Source: Balanoglossus misakiensis
Taxonomy: Eukaryota; Animalia; Hemichordata
Assembly: GCA_040954595.2 (NCBI GenBank)
Contig: CM082576.2
Location: 13,085,129-13,149,128, forward strand
Direction: 5' to 3'
Length of the DNA: 64,000 bases
A program made the position numbers and the translations under genes. This document shows, in pieces, positions 13,201-25,390 of this stretch; within the stretch, counting starts at the first letter, position 1, and each line of letters starts with the position of its first letter. A model generated the notes under the pieces. The model had not been told where the DNA came from. It searched no databases and was given only the letters and a program-made list of their open reading frames with translations.

Positions 13201-16179
13201 GGGACACCACACTGCTTTTGCAATGACTGTCACATATATATATCTATGCCGTATCTTCTTGTTATTGGAAAACAAATCAATCCAGCTTGTGAACCAACCT
13301 CCCTCTCCCCCTTAACAAAACTACATGTAGATGCATGCAATAATGGGATAACCAAAGAAATACCGCCAAAAGGTTACAGACTTGGTCCCTGCGACCTGCT
13401 ACATCTGTGACTTGTGAACTGTAGACTATCTGGCTGTAGGAGGCTGAATTTCTGATCTGTGTCATGTATCCTTGTCTCAGGTGAACCGTCAACTTGAAGT
13501 CACCAAGAAGGATCTGTCGGAGGTGATGGAACAGAGGCAGAAACACCATGATGAACTTGAAGCTGCCACCGCGAAGATCGTGGAACTGCAGAGAGAGATG
13601 GAGACCGCCAAGGCTGGAAACGATGGCCAGAAGGTTGCTGAACTTGAAAAGGTAATCAGACCTAAACTGAATGTATTTCATTAGAAAGAAATGTTGCCAT
13701 CACTTTCTGCATAGTTTATGAACCTTTTCATCTGCTAGCTGTTGCTGTTTCGAAATTTGCCATTATCAATAAGCATCGAGGTTCTACCTCTATGAAAAAA
13801 TTCCATATCTGAACAAACATTGTTTTTGATGATACAGGAATTAGGAACAATCAAGGAAGACTTAAAGAAAGAGAAATCACTAACCAAAGACTTGGGCACT
13901 GCGGCCGCCAAGCTTCAGAACATGCTGAAGAAAACGCAAGCTTCGTTGGTCGGTGAGAGAGAAAATAACAAGAAGTTACAGGAACAGATGAATAGTAACA
14001 AGGTATGGAAACAGTGTACATGTAATGGGAAATTTCACTCAATGTATTGACCCCCATACTGACTCTTGATAGTAAGTGATGGACAGATTTAAATGCCCAT
14101 TAATTGTGACTCCTGAAAGTATTTTGTTCTGTGCATTTAGTGCAATTGCTGACTACCTATTAAAAGCATGATGAAATAACTGACTGGTTTGAACACAGCA
14201 TGTATTCAGCCAGCACTATCATGGCTTGAATATACTGTGTAGTTAAAGAACATACGTTTCCATAAACCTGATTTTCCGCACTTTTGTGTGAAGAATGCAT
14301 TTTAAGCCATACCGCATATTCTCGCATTGCTTTTGCTACAGTGCTGCTCATGCAAAGATATATAAAGTGCACTCTTGGCATCCCTAACTCCACACAAATT
14401 TTCCTCTTCCTAAAACACTGGTGGTGTGGTCAACCTCTCACAATGTGTCTGTTGGAATTTCACATGTGTACAGGATGCTTGCATTCTGTATAAAATGGGA
14501 CTCCAAGGGTTTCTCATGCACAAATACATTTTATTGCTCTTTTAAAAAATTGCAGGAAATGGCTAACATGGCTGAAAAGCGATTGTGCAAGTGAAATGGG
14601 AAAAATCACTTCAGCTGTCTTGAATCCGAAGTCTCGCTGATTGATTTCCAATTTCACTGCACACTAAAAGTAGTTTTTGTACCTGCCTGTTCTTGCAAAC
14701 ATAACCTTACCACCAAAGGTGGCATTGTGGGACAATACCTTGGAAATTGACTTAAAAGTGCCCTCGAGTTCTATACTATACTTAATCTAGTCTAAGCTAG
14801 CTAAGGCTGCTAATACCTCCAGTAGTTGAGAGAATTCTGTAGATTAGTTTCAGTCAGTCTTCACAAAACCACCCTTTCAGTATTTGTTCTATTGTAAACT
14901 GTTGTATATTTTTAGTCAGTGAGCTGAATCTTTTCGCCTTATGTTTGTTTCATTTTCATCTACCTCAAACTTTCAAATTTTTTTTCCTCTTCTTTTTGCT
15001 GGGACTCTCTCCCTTTCGCTGGTGTTCATGTAGGAAGTGCAAAGTGCGCCCTCGCAAGTCCAAATTGAGAAGGAGCTAGCCGAAGCTGCAGAAGAGGTAT
15101 TGATCCCACAAAGCTAATCTTCTGATGTGATCCTACAAAAAAAAGTCAATTTGTTTTTACATGGTAGAATAAGTATTTTCTTTTTTCTGTGGTTGTTTGG
15201 TGGTCTTTTTTGTCGCTTGATGCCTCTCAAAAAGTTTATTTGCTTTGGCTATCATCTTTTTTTTCCTCAGTAGATATGAATGGGCACATTGAAAATTAAT
15301 ATGAAGTCCACTCCAATTAGGCAACACCTGTTTGCTAGTGGTGTGGTTGTCTTGTGTATGCTGTCTTCTGGATAGCTTCACTTTGCTTTAATGTGTACTT
15401 TGCTCCATGTGAAGGGGTTGGTTTTGTACATGCCGGCAAAAAGATGTGAGAAAGTCGAGTAAAAATGCACATGATTGTCAAATGCATTTGCATGAGATGT
15501 GTATAGAAGCCTATGGGGAGCTTGAACTGTACGCCATTTTTGAAACTGTTTATCCTAGAAAACCAAGGAGAATCTATTTTACAAGATGTCATCGCACCCA
15601 TAGATAGAGGACTTGGCAACTAACTCATGGTGGAGTGTCTTCATTCTGAATTTCATTCTTGAAGTCAAAGTAGTCTGCACACGGGCAGCTTTGTGCGAGT
15701 ATGCTACATACAGAAGCAGCAAAGTGTTCTGAAACAGACTGTGAACATGCACATTGGCCACAAACACATGCAACAGACAACACACACGCATACTTTCACT
15801 GTGCTTCCCTTACAAATAGGGTGTTTGAATACCCCATACAGTGAACATACACACCATTACTAGTAAGTGTCTCTCTCTGTATTAAAAAAACTACTATCAT
15901 AGAGTTCATTCTTATCACTTTGCATGACTTTCTGACTCTCCAACCTCCACCACTCCTGAACTCAGCCACCCTTCCCCTCTTTTTTCCCCCAAACCAAAAA
16001 CAAAACAGCAAAGGCTGTTCATAGAGCATGCACTGTAAACTCGTCAGTGATACGCTAATTTTGTCAACAGTTTTAATAGTGTAAATCGAAATGTGAGCAA
16101 ACATTAACTTTCCCTCATTCCACTTTTGATCTTTCAGACTACAGAAAAGAAAGAAAACGAAGCAGGAACGTCGGTCTAA
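1217..16179 (+). CDS. RRBP1: Ribosome-binding protein 1 (p180)/kinectin-family ER coiled-coil protein, 5'-partial (N-terminal exons lie upstream of the window)
   Basis: Phase-consistent AG/GT exons: 1217-1350, 1777-1849, 2638-2795, 3116-3267, 3622-3796, 3983-4144, 4540-4644, 5263-5432, 5772-5883, 6188-6283, 7183-7275, 7687-7761, 8062-8157, 8433-8525, 8696-8767, 9838-11535, 13481-13651, 13838-14002, 15034-15096, 16138-16179 (TAA). Family hallmarks: KKNN|DLREKNWKAMDA, QSVLADT|ESILNKLQGSVESEEKKW, KKEKSLTKDLGTAAAKLQ and C-terminal EAGTSV* (human RRBP1 ends EGTSV). Confidence 0.9.
9838..11535 (+). CDS. RRBP1: Giant 1698-bp phase-0/0 exon of RRBP1 encoding an E/K/Q-rich coiled coil
   Basis: Acceptor tacttag|CTT at 9838, donor TCT|gtgagt at 11536. 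566 codons, overlapping the 549-aa ORF 9913-11562 in the same frame. Confidence 0.8.
10597..11256 (+). repeat. Five tandem degenerate 44-aa (132-nt) coding repeats
   Basis: Units begin ESKVNGEEFE / GEKVEVTLLE / ESKIDASEAE / EGQVDISEVE / ENKVDASEME, each exactly 44 aa apart. Confidence 0.85.
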
Positions 16180-18651
16180 CAGCGGCTGTTACTGAAATAT
16201 GTGTCTGAATGGTCCTGATCAACACTTACTTACATATTTTGGTGTTGAACACCCAGTTCCAAGTAGAATTCTGAATATATCAAAATTTTTGAAATAACTC
16301 TTCAGAGAATTTATTTGCTGATATATATTATCCCAAGTACTTCCCTTTTTCTTCTTAATTTCAGTGCTTTTCATTTATTATAATGGCTTTCCATTTTCTG
16401 AAATTGTTTTACTGCATAGAAGGCAAAATTTTATGTTTTGCATTTGTTTTTTTCTTTAAATTTATTGAAGATGAGAAAGGGATAGATGCTGGTAGGTTTT
16501 AGGGATGGGGTTTGTTTACTACCATAGCTTGGTAAAGGGATAATGTAGTTGCCAAGAAAATGTATACAACGTGTACAGAGCTCGTCAAAACTGTTATGAA
16601 ATAAGTCAGTTGATGGAGTCTATGCATGTATTTTTCTTTCAAGTTGTTTCAGCTGGTGGGTTAAAAATCTGTTATTTTCAATGATGTTAGCATGTCTGAT
16701 TGCTTGTGCTGTTCTAGAAGTGACTTTGAAATTACTATTACCCTCAGAATTGTCATTAAATTATTGGAAACAGTGAGTGCGCATTGGAGTTTTACAGGTC
16801 CAAATCTGTCTGCCGTGTAACATGCTTTTTTTTCTTCTAAAAACCAAAGCAGGGAAAAGTTTAAATCTGTGTGTAATTTGATACATGTTCTGTTGCTGTG
16901 TCTTGTACAGAGACTGAATGTGGGTTTCTAAACTGTGATCAATTGTAAAGGCTGCTTCTGTTTGTATTTGGGAAGATTGAAATGTTTCACGGGACGTTGT
17001 CAGAGACTTGTCGATTGTATTGTACACCAGCTGTTTTTGCCTCAGCTTCAGATGTGACCGTCATCGCTGGTGATCTTTTGTTGTTTTCTGCTCGCACTGT
17101 GATGAAATTTAGAAAGTCAAGTTGCTAAGAATTCTGTTAGAACAGAAGTTTGGCTCAAGCTGCATTGTAGTTTTAGAAAGTCCTGTAACGTATTAAAGTG
17201 AAGGACAAAGGCTTCGTAGACCACTTATTATGATAGGAGATCTTTTTCTAATTACTTCCAGTGGCCACTCAGAATGTCCTACAAACTCCTTTGCTTGTAG
17301 GTTTAATGTGCAATGTTTTTTTTCTTGTTGAATATTTGAAATGAACCATCAAAGGTGCTGAATCTGAACCAGTGGCCGTCTCAATTTGCCGTACGTCTGT
17401 CGAGAATCAAATTCTCACAACAAAGTTCCAACAGGCAGTGAGAATTGCTTTTCCGAGCAATTTTTTTTCTTCTGTAAATCCTTCATCTTCTCACAGAGAA
17501 AATCCCTATAGTCTCGCGATTAGTTAAATTCATAGTGTTTGAGATCTGTTGTAGTAGATTGTGGTACCGGTATATTCAGAACAGGAATATTTGTGTGGCT
17601 CTTATGCAACTTCGTTGATGTTGTGTTGTGACGTGAACTAGCAGCAATGGGAATTCAGTGTGGTGGAAGTGTTTGGCCATCAGCTGTTGTAGGCAGTGGT
17701 TAATAGAAAGACATGCATCTATTATAGTAAAAGGGCTCAACGTATGACACCACAGACTCGATTTTTCTGATGCCATAATACCTGAGAAAGAGCACATTGA
17801 ATTATGAAATCATTGTAAGTGTACTTGGACCTTTTAGAGTGAATAGCGAAAGAAATGACAATGCTTGTTTTGTATTTTCAACCTGAATGGGACCATTCCC
17901 AACACATTTGACCTTTGGCAGATGTTTCTTGCAGGGTTTTCAAGGAAATATTTCTTATGGTTACTTTTGAATGTTTGAATTCTGAGCATTGAAATTTCTT
18001 CATACTTTACAGCTTAATTAATCCAAATATATCCAGTGACATTATCATAATTCTTTCATGTACATGTACTTATGTTCGAAAATCTGAACAAACACCCACC
18101 ATTTAAATGTTACCCGAGTTTGATTTGGCTTTGGTCGTTTTTACATGGCATTTTTCTATCACCGGAGGTGCTTACCATCATTGTGTGACGTTTTTGTCAA
18201 CATTTAAAACCCAAGTCCATGTATATAGCAATCTATATAATGCATATTCACAGACCACATTGCTGTTTTCACAGACAATCTTTTTTTTGTCCAGTCTTTG
18301 GCATTATTACTGTACCCACCAAATATGACGTAGTCTTTTAATAGCAAAAAAATATAAAATATTTTATTTATGATGTTGAACGTAAACCAGGTGAATGGTA
18401 AAGTAGGCCACTTTGGGAATGATATAAACTCGTTGCTTACACACAAGGCTTCTGTCCAGACGAAGAGCTTCTGTACCATCAGTCTGATTAAAGTCCGTGA
18501 TTGAGATGGGTTGGCGGTCTTGTCGCGGGAATCCTATGGTGGTCTGTAATTCTGTGGTCCACAATACGATTCAAGTAAAAGGGTTCGACCCATCTATCTA
18601 CATCAAATTTTAATCAGATTGTACTCTAGTGATAGAGGGACTTGTTCTCCG

Positions 18652-18742
18652 TACAGAGATTGTAGCTGACCTAGCTAGGGGGACTGGCCACTATATTTAG
18701 TAGCTGCCAGTCAGACCCCCTAGGTTAGAATTAATCTCTGTA
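18652..18742. repeat. Imperfect inverted repeat (hairpin or MITE remnant) in the presumed RRBP1 3' UTR
   Basis: TACAGAGATT (18652-61) pairs with AATCTCTGTA (18733-42). Inner CTAGGGGGACTGGC pairs, with a bulge, with GCCAGTCAGACCCCCTAG. Confidence 0.6.
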
Positions 18743-19840
18743 TGAAGACTGAGAGGGACTATGTATTGTAGACCCCTTAAACGTCTTAGTTGAGCATAGC
18801 TGGTATTTATGCAGAAAGAGAAATGCTGTTCCAGAGCTTTGTCAACGTGGGCATTATATCTATATATCTAATATATATCTTACAGAACCCAAGCACTTGA
18901 TGTTTGTACTGCATGGCACATTTTCTGTAACCAGTCATGACTGCTGTTCTGTTCAGTAGATTTCAAAAGTTACAGTAAACCCTGCTATCTGTAGTAACTT
19001 GGTCAAAACTGTCTACTGACTGCGTAGTTTTGAAAGACTTGTTGATATAGTTCCCGATACTCTACCAGGTTAGAGGTCTGCAACATCTAGTATGGGCTAC
19101 ACCAGACCAGGTGTTTTAGACAATATTGGTGATTTTGTGAATGGCAAATCTGAATCCATTTGGCAACTTACAACAACGGCATTCCCCAACATGACACAGT
19201 CTGCAAAATTTGCCCAAGCTTGATTTGTCCGAAACAGGGTTTTTTTTCGAATTGTGAAGTCTGTGAATGTAATTTTCTGTCATGTTAAGATATCAATAAT
19301 TTGTGCACTCTGGGGTTTAATTTCACAGAGGTCTGCAGATAAAAGGGAAACTTAAAATGTCAATCACACAAGGACATTTGAAAATGTAATTCCAACATTT
19401 CAAAATGTAATTCCTACCAGCAGTACTTCTATACATTTTGTCATTCTTACCAGTGGTATTCTATTTCTGAGTGATACACCATGCAGCTTCATGAAAACTT
19501 TGCAGCTAAGTTGAAAGGTTCACAATCCACTTGAAATTTCATGATCTGATTTAATCTTTTCCAGTTCGTGTCGTTGTCTTGTAAAAGTGTACAATGTACT
19601 GTGTTTGTCAAGCTTTTCCAGTGACTGTTGAGGATCAGTTGGTATTAGGACAGTCACCCCCTGGATTTTTACATACCAGGGGGTGACTGCCCTATCACTG
19701 ATCAATGTCCTGTTGCTTTCATCTGACTTTGCTATGTACACACCTAGCAATCCACTGAGTTGTCACAATTACAGACACACACCTACCAGTTGAGTGTATT
19801 TGAAGGTCTGTATTAAATGTACCTATCTTTGGAGACAAGA

Positions 19841-19846
19841 AATAAA
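19841..19846 (+). terminator. Candidate poly(A) signal of RRBP1 (3' UTR about 3.7 kb)
   Basis: AATAAA followed by a GT/T-rich tract (gtgttttctgttttg), just upstream of the next gene. Confidence 0.5.
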
Positions 19847-20218
19847 CGAAATGTTATCAATGTGCCCAAGAAAAAACGTGTTTTCTGTTTTGATCGCCTA
19901 GTCATTTTCGCTGAGTTTTTCTGATGTCTGTCGGTGTGTGTGTGTGTGTCTGTCATTGATATCACAAAAACAGTTGATCAGATTTCCGCCAAGTTTTCGA
20001 GAAAAGGTCTTGCGCCAAAAGCAGCTGTGTAGAATCACATCCAGAGATAAATTTGCTTTGAAATTTACATTAGTACATTTCAAGTCTTTATCAAACTACT
20101 GTATGTACACGTGAGCATATTCAGTTCATATCAGATTAACCAACTCTGCAACGTACGTACAGTTGACGCCAGTTCATAACTGTGTATACCGGCAACATAT
20201 ACCGAAGTCATACCGAAG

Positions 20219-23024
20219 ATGTTACGAATCACCGTGTTGTCAGTGTGCATAGCCGCTTCCCTGGCTATGAAAAGTTATGAAGGGTAAGCGAAATCAATTT
20301 GACGATTTATATGACGTATTTAAGGCGTATGACACTCTCGTGGTGGTCAGGTGTTGGGAACAAGCACCTCGTTTGAAACATATGTCAAATAGCTCATTTT
20401 ACCTGCGAAGTTTTGGTGTACTTTCAGTATTTTTGTGTTGCGTAACTAGTCCGGACAAGAATTTATTTATCAATAACAACAATAATAGTAACGCGCGCTA
20501 ATCTATTTTCGTCTACGCTCATACTTTTTGCTGAGTCACTCATGGCAAAATGTAAGGAACAAGCTTATGCATATGTGGCCACCTGCTCACCACAACAGGT
20601 TATATGAGAGAAATCTAACATTTTCCTTTTTTCTAACTTTTTCCCAAACATGAGTCAGCAGAAAATAAATTAGCGTAGACGAAAATAAGGGTCATTACAC
20701 ATATACACTAGTTTTAATACGACAAACAGAATATACATGTACTGAGTGTTTTAGACAACGGGAAGTAGAGCAAGATATTGCATTTGGTTCTCAGAAAAAT
20801 AGTCAAAACTTACAGCTAATACCCTGTTGAAAATTCGTGGATAAACTCATCAATTTGAAACTATATCTCGGGCGAAGATTTCTTTTCACCAAAACTGCTG
20901 TTGCAGAAGTCGGCCTTCTGGCTACCGGTTGTGCAAACTGTCAAAAAGCTGTTGTGTACTATACGGGTTCATGTATTTTTAGATGCGTGGTATGCTTATC
21001 ATTAGGCATTTTGATCAGTCGCTTTGATATCATGTCAAGCTTTGTATAAATACATTAATTGGCATTTTACCAATACTTTTTCCCGTTTTCAAGTTACAAA
21101 GTCCTGCGGTTGGACGCAGATACTGCCGAGGAAGTCGAACGCCTTCGCCAGTTGAATTTTCATGAGGTGATGTTGAACACACGCAACAATTTATGATTTT
21201 TCGTTCCAAATGACAAATGAGGATACAATGTATTTGTGATATTGCCCTACCAAAGGTGTCCTTTAATCATCTCTAGGATGAAAACAGTTTTGGTCGAGAG
21301 ATTATTTCTCATTCAAGGAAATTTCAACAAGACTATGGCTATGGGCGACAGATTGTTATTCAGATCCGCAAAGAGGGACAATCGTTCGTTTTCGTGAATG
21401 CGGATACACTTGTGTATGTAGCATCCAAATCTGACTATATGTTTAAATGAATATCAATCTGATCTGTACAGTTTAATGGAACATGTGACTTGCCCTCATC
21501 TTAGGAAGTAAAATAATCAAAATATGAAAAGTATGAATATACTTTGACACAGTTATCCATAATCTTCATTCGTTGATTAATCCACAGATTGATTTCTGGA
21601 ATTTTCCTCGCGATTTGATGGTCTCCCCTTTCTCAATGGACTACGTTGTGAACTACTTAAATTCCAACAATATACACTATCGCGTCTGGATGGAAAATGT
21701 TCAGACGAAGATAGACGTTACCAACAGACCTCGACTTGATGTTGATGGCTTTGATTATTATGTATATCACAATTACACAGAGGTAAAAAAAACATCACGA
21801 CCTTTGTAATTTGTCTTAAATATTTTCCCATGGTTTTATCTGGTGTGAATGGCGTACCCTAGCCCTTGAATCAGCCAGATGGCGAGTTTCGCACGGCATG
21901 CTGGCGCACAGTCCGGGCGCACAGTACATGTGTGTCCTAAAACGAAATCAGCATGCACTGCCTCATACAAATATGTACATTGTACTTCCACGTGTAACAA
22001 CCAAAATTTTGAAAAAAAGTGCGTTCATGGTTTTTGCAGATAATGGACTGGGTTGATTCCATTGTAGAGACATACCCGACTTTAGCCTCGTCTCTCAGCA
22101 TTGGACTTTCCTATGAGGGCAGAGATTTGAAAATGCTAAAGGTATGGTAAGGTAGACCACACTTCACCTCGGAGACCGAATGTCAGAATTATGAAAGTCT
22201 TTAACATTTACCAAGTCTTTTTGGTATTTCTGCCATTGTTTGACCAAAGCAAAACCCAACAAAATGACAGTGGGTGTGTAGGCTACATCGCAGTACGGAG
22301 TCTATTACCATGCAATCATCCCAACATTTTCGCAGATCGGTGCAGACACAGGCAAAACCAAGAATGCCGTTTGGATCAACTCAGCAAACCACGCACGCGA
22401 ATGGGTTACGCCAGCTACGGTCATGTGGATGACAAATGCGGTAAGATGAGAGATTCTTCTCAATCTGTTGATATTTAACGCCAACGTCTCTTGTTGGCCA
22501 CATATGCCTCGTTGGAATTACCGTGTTGTAGAACCAAACGTTACGAACCAGCTTGTGTAGTTTAGCTATGCCATTATAAAAGACTTATACAACAACGAAT
22601 GTATTTATTTCTTCCAGTTTTTGTCGAATTACACAACAGAAGCAGATCCCAATGTGACCTTCCTCTTAGAATACTACGACATTTACATATTACCCGTAAT
22701 GAATCCAGATGGCTACGAGTACACCTGGACACATGTGAGTAACTGCATGGATTTGTGTCGGGATCAACTATGCTATAGGATCCACGACGTCAGCTAACGA
22801 CCTTCAAATGATCAAAAACTTATTCGGTTACCTTGGTAACCTTCTTCAAAATTTGCTCCACAAAAAGTATTTCTCATCAACCCTGCACGTGCACCCATCC
22901 TTTGACCCTTTCAGGATCGACTGTGGCGTAAGACTCGAAGTCTGCATCCCGGTGACGCATGCTACGGTACTGATGGTAACAGAAACTTTGAATATGAGTG
23001 GGGAGGTAATTATCTTGTATTACA

Positions 23025-23057
<33 letters not shown>

Positions 23058-24325
23058 GTGGACAGAAGAACAATTGTGGGACTTCTATTTGACGTACGCA
23101 TGTTCTCCCTGCTATGATATTTTCTTACTCTCCAAACGATGTAGGAGGGACATATTTCTACACCTGTTGGGTCTCTCAAAGCTCTGGTCGGGAAAACACG
23201 CACCTGTCCGGTAACTTACCGTTACCTTCAAAATTTTGACTTGGCCTTTTTTTCATCTTCATAGTATGAAAAGCTTGCGGATCATAAGATTTTTGGTAAA
23301 GTCCCTTAAGTTTATCGTTAATAAAGGAATTAACGCATTTTATCTGCGCATGTCCAGGTGTTGGATCGACTAACGACTCCTGTGAGATCAGCTACGGCGG
23401 ACCAGCTCCACTGTCCGAAATCGAAGTCAAATCAGTGGTTGACTTCGTCACACAGCAGTCTCTCTTACAAACTTTCGACCTGTACATTGATTACCATGCG
23501 TACGCGCAGCTGATGATGTCGCCATGGGCACACACAACGAACCTACCCAGCACATACGGTCTCATGGTTAGTTTGAAATTTATGAGTTTAATGATTTTGT
23601 TGACAAAAAATCATTGTTGAATACGATTCTTTTTAGATACGATTCTGTGGGCAAGGTTTCCATATTTGGAGAGGCCAGTTCAAAGCAGTGACAAATTCTC
23701 ACGTCGAACGTATTTTATACACCATGCATGTCTCCTTCATTTCTCTCCCTGAAACCACTTGTATGAGCAGGAACAACACATGAAAATACACACCGAAGCA
23801 ATACACAGCGCTTTCGGAGCAAATTATACATATGGAACTGGTTCCAACATAATTTGTAAGTACAATTTCCATGGTTTCAATCCGTCTCGCCAGTGCGACA
23901 CTGGTAGAGAGAGAGAGAGAGAGAGTTCAAAATCTTTCACATCAACGCCATCGAATAAGATATACACAACTGTATTTCGAAACCGAACTATCCTTTTAGG
24001 TTCTTTGTGTCAAGTGTAACTTTTTGCCTACTCTTCTCAACCATACATCATGACAAGCAAATAATATAATCAAGAAAAGTTAGAACTTTCATCAAATCAT
24101 GAATAAGTGTTTACTCGTGAAGCTGCCTCGCGTTTTTGCACAGATCCAGTGTCTGGTGAATGCGTTGACTGGGGATACGGCGACCTTGGCATACCCTACA
24201 TTTACACCATCGAACTCAGGGATACTGGCGAATATGGATTTTTGCTTCCCGAAGATCAGATATACGAAACATCGATGGAAAATTATAAGGGACTTGTAGC
24301 TGGGCTACTACATATTACTGCCTAG
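20219..24325 (+). CDS. Secreted M14A zinc procarboxypeptidase (CPA/CPB-like), about 407 aa
   Basis: Exons 20219-20283 (signal peptide MLRITVLSVCIAASLA), 21094-21166, 21588-21782, 22040-22141, 22336-22440, 22618-22734, 22915-23005, 23358-23566, 23771-23855, 24144-24325. Motifs HARE (H69/E72), NPDGYEYTW, RLWRKTR (R127), NRNF (N144/R145), DYHAY (H196), YTIELRD (E270). AATAAA at 24376. Confidence 0.93.
20504..20687. mobile_element. MITE-like element in carboxypeptidase intron 1
   Basis: Perfect 16-bp inverted termini TATTTTCGTCTACGCT / AGCGTAGACGAAAATA, plus an inner near-match (TTTTTGCTGAGTCA / TGAGTCAGCAGAAA). No ORF. Confidence 0.65.
23025..23056 (+). repeat. (AATC)8 microsatellite
   Basis: Direct reading of the sequence. 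Confidence 0.9.
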
Positions 24326-24932
24326 AATATATGTCGGTGAACACTTCAAATGTTATTAATATATTTACAAATGTGAATAAAGTTGATGATTATCAGTAGT
24401 CTAATTTCTTGAATACTCAGCTCCACTGCAATCAAGAGAGAGAGAAAGAGGGAATGCTCATGTACGTGATTATGATGGATAGGTATCTCGGGTTCGGAGT
24501 TGTTGGATGAATACGTTTTGGTCAGTTTTCCATTTTTATTTCCGAGTCAAATTTTGACAAATATAATAGGCCACAGTACCAAATACCTGGCATCTATGGA
24601 ATTTTCATGAATAGTAAATCAATGTTCAGAAATGTACTGTATTCATGTAAGAAAAAAAGGGAAGATTTCTCGAACATTGGGCCATGCAACTCAGGTCTCA
24701 TTTTGATGCATAGAATGAAATACACAGTAATGTTTTTTATGGCTTTATTCAATTATATATATATATATATAATAACAAAAAGGAAAGGCTACAATTCAAG
24801 TATTTGATTTAAAAAGAGATTAAAATAACAGACCCTCAGGGTAACATTCAGCAGATTGTGTTTGCTCAAGAGATCCAAATTTGTGAACACAACGATCTCT
24901 TCACTTCATTGTAGTCATGATCAACACTGAAG

Positions 24933-25022
24933 TATAGTTTGATAAATAATAATAACTGATAAATATAGTTTGATAAATAATAATAACTGATAAATATAGT
25001 TTGATAAATATAAATAACTGAT
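24933..25022. repeat. 31-bp AT-rich minisatellite, about 3 copies
   Basis: TATAGTTTGATAAATAATAATAACTGATAAA starts at 24933, 24964 and 24995 (third copy slightly variant). Confidence 0.9.
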
Positions 25023-25390
25023 CAAGTTTTCATTGTCACTGTCTGAGCAGGACCAGCCTACTCCTACTTCTCTCTCTTTCAATTAAAAATAAATCATTGT
25101 AAAATATTCAAAGTTTCTTTCTGTCTCTATGTTGAAGATCACAGGGCTGGTGCAACTCTGAAAAAAACAGAGAAAAGTTTGTATGTTATGAATCTGACTA
25201 GACATTGATTTCCTAAATGACATACCACCCTAGTGTAAGTGATTTTTCTTCAGAATGGTAAACTTGTATTTGTTATCATAGTGCACTATTTTCAATGTAT
25301 ATCATTTATAACAAAGTCCTGCAACGTTATTTATGAACTGCAAGTGGTGAAAACTAATTACAAACTGTTTAAATTACTGACTTACATAAG

